This document shows, piece after piece, positions 47,901 to 56,733 of a stretch of 59,870 bases of DNA (the stretch's first letter is position 1; the number at the start of each line of letters is the position of its first letter). Location of the stretch: the NCBI GenBank assembly GCA_040397305.1, contig JBBAWG010000004.1, forward strand, positions 1-59,870, written 5' to 3'. The notes below the pieces were generated by a model, which did no database searches, was not told the origin of the DNA, and saw only the letters and a program-made list of their open reading frames with translations. Source of the stretch: Candidatus Methylacidiphilales bacterium. Lineage in GTDB: Bacteria; Verrucomicrobiota; Verrucomicrobiia; Methylacidiphilales; Verrucolacustridaceae. A program made the position numbers and the translations under genes.

Positions 47901-49991
47901 CGGGTGGTGGCCGTGAACGTGGGCACCAGTGTCACCAACCGGACGTACGGTGCGACGCTCAATTTCAAAACCCTTCCGGTAAAACCCACCGTGACGACGC
48001 TGGGCGTTACCAATGCCACGACCACCGCGGCCACCGTGCAGGGGGCGGTGAATCCGAACGGAAGTCCGACCAGCTTCTACTTTGAATACGGATCCACCCC
48101 ATCCTACGGATCCTCAACCGAGGTGCAGGCGGCCGGTAACGGAACCAACAGTGTATCCCTTGCCGCCGCGCTCACCGGGCTCACATCGGGGCAGCTCTAT
48201 TACTACCGTGCGGTGGCCTCGAACAGCTTTGGGATTTCTTACGGAACCGATCAAAGCTTCTACACGGGAAATCCGCCTCCCGCGGTCATTACTTTGGCAC
48301 CGGGTAGCCTGACCACGAGCAGCGCGCAGTTAAGGGGCTCGGTCAACCCGAACAACTCCCATGCTTCCTCCTGGTTTGAGTGGGGCACCTCCACAAATTA
48401 TGGCTCCACGTCCCGCGTGCTGGCGTCGGACAACGCCGAGACCTATGCCAACTTTAATTTCACCAGTCCGAACAATGCGGGGGGATCCGGCTTGGGAAAT
48501 TTTAGTCGCTATTCTGCCGGGACCGGGGCCGGAACATTTTTGGCCAACAACTCCTCGAATCAAACCATTGATGGAGCCAAAAGCTTCGGTGCTTATGCGG
48601 GCTCGGGTTCTGGCATCTCGTTTCGCAGGGCCATCAACACGACGCGCCAGTTTGGCACCATGACAGTTTCCGCCCGCTTTAACGTGGACAACACCAAGGG
48701 GTTTAGCGGGTTCAACCTCAAGTCGGCGGCGGGGAGCGGCGCCAGCGGTTTTAGCGCCGGAGAGCTGGTGTCTTTCGGAATTTCCCCGGCCGCGGGTAAC
48801 AGCGGAATTTTGGTGACCGATGCCGGTGGTCAGCGGGTGCTGGATTTGGGTGCGGATGTGCGCAACACCATTCTCGACTTTCAGGTCGATTTCGACGCGC
48901 AAAACCGCCGTTACGTTGTCGGGGTAAAGTTTCGCGCCAGCTCCAGTTTCACCAAAATAAGCGGCCTGATGAGCGGGACGGGTACCAATGTCACCCACAT
49001 CGGTTTTGCCGCCTGGAATAGCACGGGAAGCTTTCAGGATATGATGTTTGACAGTCTCGAGCTCCGGGGATCTTCGCCCATGGGCACCGGCCTCAATCCC
49101 GTCCTGGTGAGCAATTCTCTTTCCGGGCTTTCCGCCAACACGATGTACCATTATCGGGCAGCGGCGATGAATTTGGACGGGGGGGCAAGCTATGGCTTGA
49201 ACGCCTCTTTCTTTACTGGCACGGATCTGGCGATCAGCAGCTCCGTTACCGGAACCCCTTGGATCCGTGGGGCGGCTGGGCAGATCCTCCTTGCCTTGAC
49301 CAATACGGGATCGGCGTCCTCCAGCGGAACTTTGACCGTCACGGCGAATCTTCCCGCGGGGCTAACTTCCATCGGCATGTCGGGAACTGGCTGGACCACG
49401 AATGCCGGCGGGCTGACTTGCACACGATCGGACACCTTGGCGGTCGGCGGCAGTCATCCAGTGATCACGCTGAATGTGGCGGTGGCCAGCAACGCACCCG
49501 CCAATCTGCAACCCACCTTTACGCTCTCAGGGGGAGGGGATGGCTACCCCACGAACAATACCAATACAATCAGCGTGACGACGATCTCGCCCGCGGACAG
49601 CTGGAGAAACCAGTATTTCGGATCCGCCGATAACAGCGGTCCCGGGGCCGACACCAATGCCCCGGCCGGCGACGGGGTTTCGAATCTGATGAAATATGCG
49701 CTGGGGATGGACCCCACCGTGCCTACCACCCATGGATTGCCGGAAATGAAGATGACCAATGGTCGACTGGCCCTGACGTTCAGCCGCCAAAAGAGCGCGA
49801 GCGATATTGTTTACCAAGTCCAGGCCGCCGGGGATCTTTTCGGATTTAGCAATGCCACGGTCCTTTGGTCGAGCGCCTCCAATGCCTATGGTGGCGGCAC
49901 CAATTCGTCTCAGGCTGTGACCGTGCAAGATGCGGTGGACGCTGCCTCCACGAACCGCCGTTTCATGCGGTTGCAGATCAGCCGACCCTAA
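44907..49991 (+). CDS. Large secreted modular GH13 alpha-amylase-family enzyme (CBM-like N-terminus, Ig/FN3-like repeats, DUF11-like module, C-terminal domain)
   Basis: YQIITDRF, GGDFKG, YHGY, DVVVNH, RLDTVKH, GEVF, DNHD, YYGTEQ; repeated T..F.YG...Y..R.VA.N..G..YG. Confidence 0.9.
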   Translation: MNVCRSVVPIFLLGLLGASVALGQISETNGVVRIEAEASASNLPRTLGGVLYTWTTDSATPGFSGTGYIEAYPANGTSTNTVTSSWETTSPQINYSITFSNAGTYYVWVRGFAGDATSAGVYVGLNGTSLANARIDIQQFNAWAWANTAAGSGSAVTLNIPSAGTYTLNLWMRDAWLDIDRILLTRNQNFSPAASTDFWRSQNIYQIITDRFYNGDTGNDVAGLPNFNASNGGQAHGGDFKGIERKLDYIQALGATAIWISPVLKNANGDYHGYAATDFYAVNPRMGTLAELQSLTREAQKRGILVICDVVVNHGSTWVDSGDTGWPNFSLTGYNLRYNSGGQQYAAPFDNATLQAQFGGTNLNNIFHNNGTTQNWSDATQVELGELLSLDDFKTETSFIRQKMREIWAYWINTVGFDAYRLDTVKHVEMGFWDDWSPAMRTVAQAADKPNFFQFGEVFDGSDSKCGSYTGSKTGGNYKMESVLDYPLYYQVGSVFATATGATGAIEGRYNNLTTANYDASSLDSLVLNLDNHDNPRFLAATGSTTARLEMALVFMYTTRGIPSLYYGTEQDFNGGADPNNREDMFDGLFEQGPSLGDNFNMTHPRFKLVAKLNNLRRLYPALRTGTQQFLWVNWSAPGLLAYARRLGSEEVFVVMNTATTAQTIGARPTIHPAGTVLVNLFNPAETVTVVAGTDGIPAMSIPATSYKAFVSQTQLRNLQPVVGSVTPNHDSTGVSVASTLSLTFSQAMNTNSVQSAFSTIPATSGNFSWASGNTVMTYTPSSNMAGNTVYTVRIESTAVDGNNLAMVGGFESRFTTGAASSLARPSINSSSYANVAETTATLSTTVTANGASTSVSFEYGTSASFGSTTTSQNIGSGSSPISVSANLTGLQANTTYFFRSVATNTQGTTYGNTLSFTTTTPLPTVATMPATFVGAYGANLNGDVTPNGLATSVYFEWGDRSDILSYSNSPQVIGSGTNIVGNFARADGLNPDSTYFFRVVAVNVGTSVTNRTYGATLNFKTLPVKPTVTTLGVTNATTTAATVQGAVNPNGSPTSFYFEYGSTPSYGSSTEVQAAGNGTNSVSLAAALTGLTSGQLYYYRAVASNSFGISYGTDQSFYTGNPPPAVITLAPGSLTTSSAQLRGSVNPNNSHASSWFEWGTSTNYGSTSRVLASDNAETYANFNFTSPNNAGGSGLGNFSRYSAGTGAGTFLANNSSNQTIDGAKSFGAYAGSGSGISFRRAINTTRQFGTMTVSARFNVDNTKGFSGFNLKSAAGSGASGFSAGELVSFGISPAAGNSGILVTDAGGQRVLDLGADVRNTILDFQVDFDAQNRRYVVGVKFRASSSFTKISGLMSGTGTNVTHIGFAAWNSTGSFQDMMFDSLELRGSSPMGTGLNPVLVSNSLSGLSANTMYHYRAAAMNLDGGASYGLNASFFTGTDLAISSSVTGTPWIRGAAGQILLALTNTGSASSSGTLTVTANLPAGLTSIGMSGTGWTTNAGGLTCTRSDTLAVGGSHPVITLNVAVASNAPANLQPTFTLSGGGDGYPTNNTNTISVTTISPADSWRNQYFGSADNSGPGADTNAPAGDGVSNLMKYALGMDPTVPTTHGLPEMKMTNGRLALTFSRQKSASDIVYQVQAAGDLFGFSNATVLWSSASNAYGGGTNSSQAVTVQDAVDAASTNRRFMRLQISRP

Positions 49992-50037
49992 TCTTGGGCG
50001 CTTGTTTTTCCGCTTTTTCCCTAGAAGCTTGCCTTTC

Positions 50038-50847
50038 ATGTCCTCCAACGGGTCGTTGAGAATCGCCGCGTGGGTCGCCGGAGCAGTCCTTCTATTGGCG
50101 GGAATCTTGGGCTGGAAGGGAATCCTGCCTCCGAATGGAATCCTGGCCATGGTGGCCTTGGCGGTGGGCGGATTTGTGGCGGTGGCGTTGGGGGATCGCT
50201 GGAAGCGGATTCGCTGGGGAGGAGGGGAGATTGAGATGAAGCAGGCGCCCAAGCCAAACTGGGTGCGGCGTCTGTATGCCTGGACCATCCACTGGGCAAC
50301 CACCCCGCAGGCGGTACCGGCGCTGGTTTTCATCGCCTTTATCGAATCCAGTTTCTTCCCGATCCCGCCAGACGTTCTCCTTATGGCCCTCTGCTTCGCC
50401 CACCCGAAAAAATGGGCTCACTTCGCGTTCTGGTGCACGGTGGGTTCCGTGGCGGGGGGCGTTTTTGGATGGTGGATCGGGCACGCCCTTTGGGAGGCGG
50501 TCGCACCCTGGTTCTTTGCCCACGTGCCGGGGTTTACCGAGGCCACCTTTCTGAAAGTGGAGGGATTTTATCAGAAGAACGCTTTTCTTTTCATCCTGAC
50601 AGCAGCCTTCACGCCGATCCCCTATAAGGTGTTCACGGTGGCTTCAGGCGTGTTTGCCGTGCCAATTCCAACGCTGGTCTCTGCCTCGATTCTGGGTCGG
50701 GCTGGGCGATTCTTTCTTGTGGCCGCCGTAATTCGGTTAGGCGGACCAAGGCTCAAGCCTCACATCGAAAAGTACCTGGAGGTGGCGGTTACCCTTCTGT
50801 TTCTTCTGGGGATCGGGGGCTTCATGGCCATCAAATGGCTGAAGTAG
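50038..50847 (+). CDS. DedA/YqaA-family membrane protein with an N-terminal 2-TM extension
   Basis: ESSFFPIPPD, FTPIPYK, GR..RFF. Confidence 0.88.
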   Translation: MSSNGSLRIAAWVAGAVLLLAGILGWKGILPPNGILAMVALAVGGFVAVALGDRWKRIRWGGGEIEMKQAPKPNWVRRLYAWTIHWATTPQAVPALVFIAFIESSFFPIPPDVLLMALCFAHPKKWAHFAFWCTVGSVAGGVFGWWIGHALWEAVAPWFFAHVPGFTEATFLKVEGFYQKNAFLFILTAAFTPIPYKVFTVASGVFAVPIPTLVSASILGRAGRFFLVAAVIRLGGPRLKPHIEKYLEVAVTLLFLLGIGGFMAIKWLK

Positions 50848-50923
50848 GCTCAAATAATTTGAACGTTTTCGGGTCTCGCCTGTCTATTCCTTTAGTTTTC
50901 AGTTCAGTCTCCTAGTGTTTGGC

Positions 50924-50960
50924 AAAGGGCGCGGAAAAAGGTTTCCGCGCCTTTTGTTTT
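50924..50960 (+). terminator. Intrinsic terminator
   Basis: ggcgcggaaa-aagg-tttccgcgcc followed by ttttgtttt. Confidence 0.75.
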
Positions 50961-51057
50961 AAACATCTGTCCATCAATCATTTAAGCGTAAAAACGATTT
51001 TCCGTAACTTATTTATTGTCAAAGACATAAAAATTACCAATAGTTCGAACCGAAACC

Positions 51058-51411
51058 ATGATCTCCCGGGTCACTCAACATCATGTGGGTTTGCATGCCT
51101 CCCGGATCGCTGAGGACCTGCAAAAAGAAGTTTGGGGCTTTGCCCAAGCGGTCTCCGATGCCCAGCAGCAAAACTGTGCCGACAACCGGATGAACTACTG
51201 GAAAAGCCGGCTTACCCTCTCGGTGGAACATGCCAAAACCCGGGGCATGGAGATTCATGAGATCGCCCACCAGTGCGAACGTTCGCTTTCGCGTTCCGCA
51301 GGCACCCGCCCGCTCGCCAGCCAGACCCGCTTTCTGATCGAAAGCTTCCTGCGCCAGCAGGGGATTCCAGCCCGCTTGAACGGGCAGACGGAATCTTTTC
51401 CCCGCCGCTAA
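51058..51411 (+). CDS. Hypothetical protein (117 aa)
   Basis: Sole plausible ORF filling the gap after an AT-rich promoter region; no recognised motif. Confidence 0.55.
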   Translation: MISRVTQHHVGLHASRIAEDLQKEVWGFAQAVSDAQQQNCADNRMNYWKSRLTLSVEHAKTRGMEIHEIAHQCERSLSRSAGTRPLASQTRFLIESFLRQQGIPARLNGQTESFPRR

Positions 51412-51510
51412 GGTTTCCGAATTTCTACCGGTCTTTCGGTAGCCGGTTTTTCGCATGGCCGACTCCCATCGGCTTGACCCTTTCGAAGCTTCCGATCAAA
51501 GTGCGGGTTC

Positions 51511-52464
51511 ATGGCAGCGACATCTTTGGCGGCGGTGGAGGCAGAGGGGGTCGGCTACGCCTATGGCCGGAAGCGGGTTTTGGACAACATCACCTTCCGC
51601 CTCGAAGAAGGCGGCATGTACTGTGTCCTCGGCCCCAACGGCAGCGGAAAAACCACCCTCTTTAAAATTCTCTCCACCATTTTTGCCCTGCAAGACGGGG
51701 AGATCTCCATCGCCGGGCGCAGCCTGCGGGAGTTTCCCACCCCGATCCGCCGAAAAATCGGCGTCCTTTTCCAGAATCCGGCCGTCGACATGAAGCTGAC
51801 CGTCCGGGAAAACCTTCGGCACCACGGTCATCTCTACGGGCTGGAGTCGTACGACCTCGAAAAAAGGATCACCAAGAATCTCGAGGCCCTTGGCATCGAA
51901 GACCGGGGAGGGGATTTTGTGGAAAGCCTCTCCGGTGGACTCCGCCGTCGCGTGGAAATCGCCAAGGCCCTGCTCACCCGGCCCAGCATTCTTCTGATGG
52001 ACGAGCCCACCACCGGGCTGGATCCGGCCATCCGCTCGGAGCTCTGGAGCATCATTTCCGGCATCCGCAACAGCCGAAAACTCAGCGTCCTTTTCACCAC
52101 CCACCTTCTCGAGGAGGCCGAACCGGCCGATGAGATTCTTCTGCTCGATCAGGGGCGCTGTGTGGCCTCCGGACCGGTGGCGGAACTCCGTTCCTCCCTT
52201 GGCAAGGAGTATGTCCGGATGGGCACCTACCAGCCCAAGAAGTTGGCGGCGAAGATTCGCAAGGAAGGGGAAGTAGAGGCCACGGCCGAGCCTGCTTCGG
52301 TCAAAGTGGTTCCGGTTCGGGGCGCCGCGGCCCCGCTGGCCATCCGGCTTTGGCGCCAGTACGGCAAGGAGGTCACTTCGGTCACCCTTTGCCGGCCCAC
52401 CTTGGAAGACCTTTTCATTCAAAAGACCGGGCGTCCCTGGTCCTCCACTCCCGGGGAGATCTAA
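51511..52464 (+). CDS. ABC-2 transporter ATP-binding protein
   Basis: GPNGSGKT, LSGG.RRR, MDEPT.GLD, TTH. Confidence 0.92.
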   Translation: MAATSLAAVEAEGVGYAYGRKRVLDNITFRLEEGGMYCVLGPNGSGKTTLFKILSTIFALQDGEISIAGRSLREFPTPIRRKIGVLFQNPAVDMKLTVRENLRHHGHLYGLESYDLEKRITKNLEALGIEDRGGDFVESLSGGLRRRVEIAKALLTRPSILLMDEPTTGLDPAIRSELWSIISGIRNSRKLSVLFTTHLLEEAEPADEILLLDQGRCVASGPVAELRSSLGKEYVRMGTYQPKKLAAKIRKEGEVEATAEPASVKVVPVRGAAAPLAIRLWRQYGKEVTSVTLCRPTLEDLFIQKTGRPWSSTPGEI

Positions 52465-52467
52465 ACG

Positions 52468-53232
52468 ATGCTGAAAGCGGCTTACAGTCTGGCCTTGCGG
52501 GAAGTCATGCGTTTCCTGCGGCAAAAGAACCGGGTGATCGGCGCTTTGGCCACCCCGGTCATTTTCTGGTTCGTGCTGGGCTCCGGGGTGGGGCGGTCGC
52601 TGCTGGAAACCGGCTCGCGGAGCCGGATCGACTACCTCTCCTATTTCTTCCCGGGGATCATTCTTTTGATCGTCCTTTTCACCGCGATTCTTTCCACCGT
52701 TTCGATCATTGAGGACCGCAAGGAGGGATTCCTCCAGGGCGTGCTGGTCGCGCCGTCGGGTTGGGCTGCCATTCTCTTTGGAAAATTGATGGGGGGAACG
52801 ATTTTGGCGGTGCTCCAGGCGATCGCCGTGATCCTCTTGGCGCCCTACTCGGACCACCATCCGGATGCCCGGGTTTTGCTCTATCTGATCGGCGTGATCG
52901 CTGTCCTGGCCATCGGCCTGACGGCCCTTGGTTTTCTCATCGCCTGGCCGATGGACTCCACCCAGGGCTTTCACGCCGTGATCAACCTCTTCTTTGTTCC
53001 TCTTTGGTTGTTGAGCGGGGCGCTTTTTCCGCCCGGGGGTGCGGCGGAGTGGGTGCGCGTACTCATGCGCTTCAACCCGCTGAGCTACGCCCACAACGCC
53101 CTGCAGGGGCTCCTCGTGACCAAGCCGGGAATGCCTTTACCTGCGGATCTTTCTCATGACTTTTCCATTGTGATCGCGGTGACGCTGGTGCTGGTCATGG
53201 CCTGCGCCTTCCAGGTCAGCCGTCGTTCGTGA
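52468..53232 (+). CDS. ABC-2 transporter permease
   Basis: RE..RF.RQ, FFPG, IIEDR.EG, LSGA.FP, NPL.Y. Confidence 0.9.
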   Translation: MLKAAYSLALREVMRFLRQKNRVIGALATPVIFWFVLGSGVGRSLLETGSRSRIDYLSYFFPGIILLIVLFTAILSTVSIIEDRKEGFLQGVLVAPSGWAAILFGKLMGGTILAVLQAIAVILLAPYSDHHPDARVLLYLIGVIAVLAIGLTALGFLIAWPMDSTQGFHAVINLFFVPLWLLSGALFPPGGAAEWVRVLMRFNPLSYAHNALQGLLVTKPGMPLPADLSHDFSIVIAVTLVLVMACAFQVSRRS

Positions 53233-53918
53233 CCGCACCGGCCCCGGCCGCCCCGGGCCCGCGACCCGCCAATCGCCGCTTCACCGCCATTGTCTGGACC
53301 CTGCTGGCGCTTGGTCTCTTCGCGGTGATGCTCGGTGGGATGCGGGAGATGTGGCAGGCCTCCGAACGGCAGGATTTTCGGGAACTGCCGATCCTCGGTC
53401 AGCTGACCGATTTCCAGCTCGTCGAACGCGACGGGAAGCCCCGTGCTTTGGCGGATCTGAAAGGAGAGATCTGGTTTGCCGGGTTTTTTTTCACCGAATG
53501 CCCCGGCCCTTGCCCTGCCTTGATCAGCCAGATGGTGGAGCTGTCCCGGGCCGTGGCCCGAACCAAGGGGCAGGTACGCGTGGTCGCGATTTCTGTCGAT
53601 CCGGAGACGGACACCCCGCAGCGGCTGCGGGAATACGCCAAGCGGATGGGGGTGGGGGAAAATTTTTGGCTGCTGACCGGTCCGCTGCCTGAGGTGTTCC
53701 GGATCGCCCGGGAGGGATTCAAGGTGGCGGTGGAGGAGAACCCACCCGAAACCGTTCCTCAGGCCGGCAAAATGTTGCACAGCACCAAGGTTGCACTCGT
53801 GGACGGGCAAGGCAGGATTCGGGGCTACTATGACGGAACCAGTGGCGAACTTCTGGGGCGGGCTCTGCCCGATCTTGGTGCCGTGATGCGCGAGGTGGGT
53901 GAGGGGAACCGGCCATGA
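53229..53918 (+). CDS. SCO1/SenC copper chaperone
   Basis: FFTECPGPCP, ISVDP..DTP, HS...LVD. Confidence 0.92.
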   Translation: MTAPAPAAPGPRPANRRFTAIVWTLLALGLFAVMLGGMREMWQASERQDFRELPILGQLTDFQLVERDGKPRALADLKGEIWFAGFFFTECPGPCPALISQMVELSRAVARTKGQVRVVAISVDPETDTPQRLREYAKRMGVGENFWLLTGPLPEVFRIAREGFKVAVEENPPETVPQAGKMLHSTKVALVDGQGRIRGYYDGTSGELLGRALPDLGAVMREVGEGNRP

Positions 53919-54334
53919 CGTTCCAGGATCTTCCCTTGGTCAACGCCGTGCTCAACAGCATCACCGTGGTGCTGCTGACCTTGGGCTGGATCCAGATCAA
54001 GAAGGGAAACAAGGATGCGCACCGCAAGCTGATGACCGCGGCCTTCACGGTCTCGGCCCTGTTCCTGGCTGGCTACCTGCTTCACAAATTCACGGTGGGC
54101 CCAAAACTTTTTCCGATGCAGGGGTGGCCGCGGGCCGTCTACTTCTCCATCCTGATTCCGCACACGATCCTCGCGATCGTGAACCTGCCTTTCATCCTGG
54201 CGGCGATCTGGTTTGCCCTGACGGGCAGGTTTGAGAGACACAAAAAAATTACCCGCTGGCTTTGGCCGAGCTGGATGTTTGTCTCCGTCACCGGAGTCCT
54301 CGTGTATCTGATGCTCTACCAGTGGTTTGTTTGA
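53915..54334 (+). CDS. DUF420-family membrane protein
   Basis: LP.VNA.LN, H...M, FL..YL, H..LA, H....R...P.W..VS.TG..VY. Confidence 0.88.
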   Translation: MTFQDLPLVNAVLNSITVVLLTLGWIQIKKGNKDAHRKLMTAAFTVSALFLAGYLLHKFTVGPKLFPMQGWPRAVYFSILIPHTILAIVNLPFILAAIWFALTGRFERHKKITRWLWPSWMFVSVTGVLVYLMLYQWFV

Positions 54335-54342
54335 GACCGAAG

Positions 54343-54374
54343 GGATTTAGGGGTTAAGGGGTTAAGTTTTTTAG
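54343..54374. repeat. 8-nt periodic intergenic tract
   Basis: ggatttag|gggttaag|gggttaag|ttttttag. Confidence 0.5.
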
Positions 54375-54399
54375 AATTTGGAAACGGGTTACCCCGTAC

Positions 54400-54416
54400 T
54401 TGCAACTCAGTCTCAA
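54400..54416. promoter_or_regulatory. Putative iron-regulator operator overlapping the feoA -35 box
   Basis: Imperfect palindrome TTGCAACT-C-AGTCTCAA; TTGCAA-17 nt-CAAACT spacing. Confidence 0.5.
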
Positions 54417-54439
54417 GAAGCCCAAACTTCCTCTGTAGG

Positions 54440-54676
54440 ATGAAAGCCATCGATCTGACCCAAGTCGGTGCCGGGCGTGAGGTCCGGGTGAGCCGCCTCG
54501 AATGCGCCCCCGGCACCTGCCAGCGCCTTCGCGAGATGGGCTTTTGCGAGAACGCCGTCGTTAAAAAAATCCGGGGTGGGGCGGACCTCGTCTGCTGGGT
54601 GTGCGGGACCCGCGTGGCCCTGAGCGCCCGGTTGGCCCGGCAGATCCTCGTCGAGACCGTCGACGGGAACTCCTGA
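54440..54676 (+). CDS. feoA: Ferrous iron transport protein A
   Basis: RL.EMG...V....G.RVALS..LA..I.V; upstream of feoB. Confidence 0.88.
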   Translation: MKAIDLTQVGAGREVRVSRLECAPGTCQRLREMGFCENAVVKKIRGGADLVCWVCGTRVALSARLARQILVETVDGNS

Positions 54677-54683
54677 TCGTCCC

Positions 54684-56732
54684 TTGAGCCAGAACCAGCC
54701 GAAGCGCTGGGTGGCGGTCGTCGGCAACCCAAATGCCGGCAAAAGCACCCTCTTTAACGCCCTGACCGGCCTGCGTCAGCGTGTGGCCAACTATCCCGGC
54801 GTCACCGTGGAAAAACGGACCGGCACGGCCTACACCCTGCACGGCGATGCGATGGAGCTGGTCGATCTACCGGGGATGTACAGCCTGTCACCCCGCTCGC
54901 CCGACGAGGAGATCGCCCGAAAGGTTCTCCGGGGCGAATCGCCCGGCATTCCCAAGCCGGATGCCATCCTCTGCGTGGTCGACGCGAGCAACCTGGAACG
55001 AAATCTTTTTCTCGTCACCCAGGTGATGGAATTGGGTATTCCCGTGCTCGTGGCCCTCAACATGGTGGATATGGCGGAGGCGCGGGGCATCCGACTCAAG
55101 CCGGAGGAGCTCAGCCGGCGGATGGGCGTGAAGTTCATCCCGACCCAAGCCCACCGGGGCAAGGGTCTGGTCGAACTGCGCACCGCGCTTGGCCAGAAAC
55201 TCACGGATCCGGGAGAACGCCGCTGGGTGATGCCTCCCCAGTTGGCCACCGCGGTGGGCCAGATTGCGGCCGCCTGGCGCGATGCGTTGCCGGCGGAGCT
55301 GGGTGCGGAGGGCCGAGCGTTGGATCTTCTGGCTGGATCCACAGAGGGTCCCGAGGGGGCCCGCAAACTGGCGGTGGCTTGGCGGGAACGGTTCCGGGAG
55401 CAGGCTTTCGATTGGCCGGCCGCTGTGGTCCAGGCGCGGTACTCCTATCTCCGCGATATGTTGGGGCAAGCCGGGGTGGGGCATGCGCAGGGCCACCTGA
55501 CCTGGACCGACCGGATCGACGCGCTGGTGCTGAACCCCGTTGCCGGCTGGGGCGTGTTGGTGGGCATCCTCATGCTCCTCTTTACCTCGATCTTTTCGAT
55601 CGCCGCCTATCCGATGGAGTGGATTGATGCCGGCTTCAGCGCGGCGGGGGAGTGGGTGCAAGGGGCGATCCCGGCCGGCCTGTTCCGGGACCTCTTGGTG
55701 GACGGGGTCCTGGCCGGAGTGGGTGGGGTGGTCATTTTTCTCCCGCAGATCCTGATTCTCTTTTTCTTCCTCGGTCTACTGGAGGACTCGGGCTACCTCG
55801 CACGAGCAGCGTTTCTCCTGGATCGGGTGATGCACCGGGTGGGGCTGACTGGAAAGTCCTTCATCCCGTTGCTCAGCTCCTATGCCTGCGCCATTCCGGG
55901 GATTATGGCCACACGGACGGTGGAGGATCCGAAAGACCGGTTGACCACGATCCTCGTGGCTCCGTTGATGAGCTGTTCCGCGCGGATCCCCGTCTACACC
56001 ACCCTGATTGCGGCGGCGGTGCCAGCCGCCCTCATGCCGGCGTGGGGCAAGGCCGGGGCGATGCTGGGCCTGTATGCCCTCGGAACCTGCACCGCCTTTG
56101 CCTTGGCCTGGCTGTTCCGCAAAAAAATGCTGGGAGGCGGATCCCCGCCGCTGATCCTTGAGCTGCCACCTTACCGGCGGCCTTCATTCCGCACCGTGGC
56201 TTTGCGGATGTGGGAGCGGGCGGTGATCTTTATCCGCCGGGCGGGAACGGTGATTCTGGCGCTCTCCATCCTGCTCTGGTTCCTCTGCAACTTCCCCCAT
56301 GCGTCCGAGGATCCCTCGGAGCGGTTGGCGAAAAGTTTCGCGGGTCAGCTCGGTCACGCTCTGGAGCCGGTCATCCGACCGCTGGGGTTCGACTGGCGGA
56401 TCGGCATCGGGCTGGTGGCCTCCTTGGCCGCCCGCGAGGTGTTCGTGAGCACGATGTCGATCGTCTACCACTCCGGGGGCGACGAGGAGGGGCTGATCGA
56501 GACGATGCGCACGGCCGCTTGGCCGGATGGTTCCCTGATTTACACGCCGGTGACCTGCGTGGCCCTTTTGGTATTTTATGTGTATGCGTTGCAGTGCCTG
56601 AGCACCGTGGCGGTGGCCCGGCGGGAGACCGGCAGCTGGAAGTGGCCGGCCTTCATGATGGGATACATGGCGGTCCTCGCGTACGCCGGGGCGTGGCTGG
56701 TCCAGACGGTGGGCCGGGTTCTGGGGAGTTGA
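54684..56732 (+). CDS. feoB: Ferrous iron transport protein B
   Basis: GNPNAGKS, NYPGVTVE, DLPG.YSL, NMVD, EDSGY..R, CAIP, CSAR, ELPPYR. Confidence 0.96.
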   Translation: MSQNQPKRWVAVVGNPNAGKSTLFNALTGLRQRVANYPGVTVEKRTGTAYTLHGDAMELVDLPGMYSLSPRSPDEEIARKVLRGESPGIPKPDAILCVVDASNLERNLFLVTQVMELGIPVLVALNMVDMAEARGIRLKPEELSRRMGVKFIPTQAHRGKGLVELRTALGQKLTDPGERRWVMPPQLATAVGQIAAAWRDALPAELGAEGRALDLLAGSTEGPEGARKLAVAWRERFREQAFDWPAAVVQARYSYLRDMLGQAGVGHAQGHLTWTDRIDALVLNPVAGWGVLVGILMLLFTSIFSIAAYPMEWIDAGFSAAGEWVQGAIPAGLFRDLLVDGVLAGVGGVVIFLPQILILFFFLGLLEDSGYLARAAFLLDRVMHRVGLTGKSFIPLLSSYACAIPGIMATRTVEDPKDRLTTILVAPLMSCSARIPVYTTLIAAAVPAALMPAWGKAGAMLGLYALGTCTAFALAWLFRKKMLGGGSPPLILELPPYRRPSFRTVALRMWERAVIFIRRAGTVILALSILLWFLCNFPHASEDPSERLAKSFAGQLGHALEPVIRPLGFDWRIGIGLVASLAAREVFVSTMSIVYHSGGDEEGLIETMRTAAWPDGSLIYTPVTCVALLVFYVYALQCLSTVAVARRETGSWKWPAFMMGYMAVLAYAGAWLVQTVGRVLGS

Positions 56733-56733
56733 G

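Noticed and set aside
50848-50923. Possible small RNA upstream of the terminator
   Set aside because: No convincing promoter or recognisable structure; more simply the 3' UTR of the DedA gene
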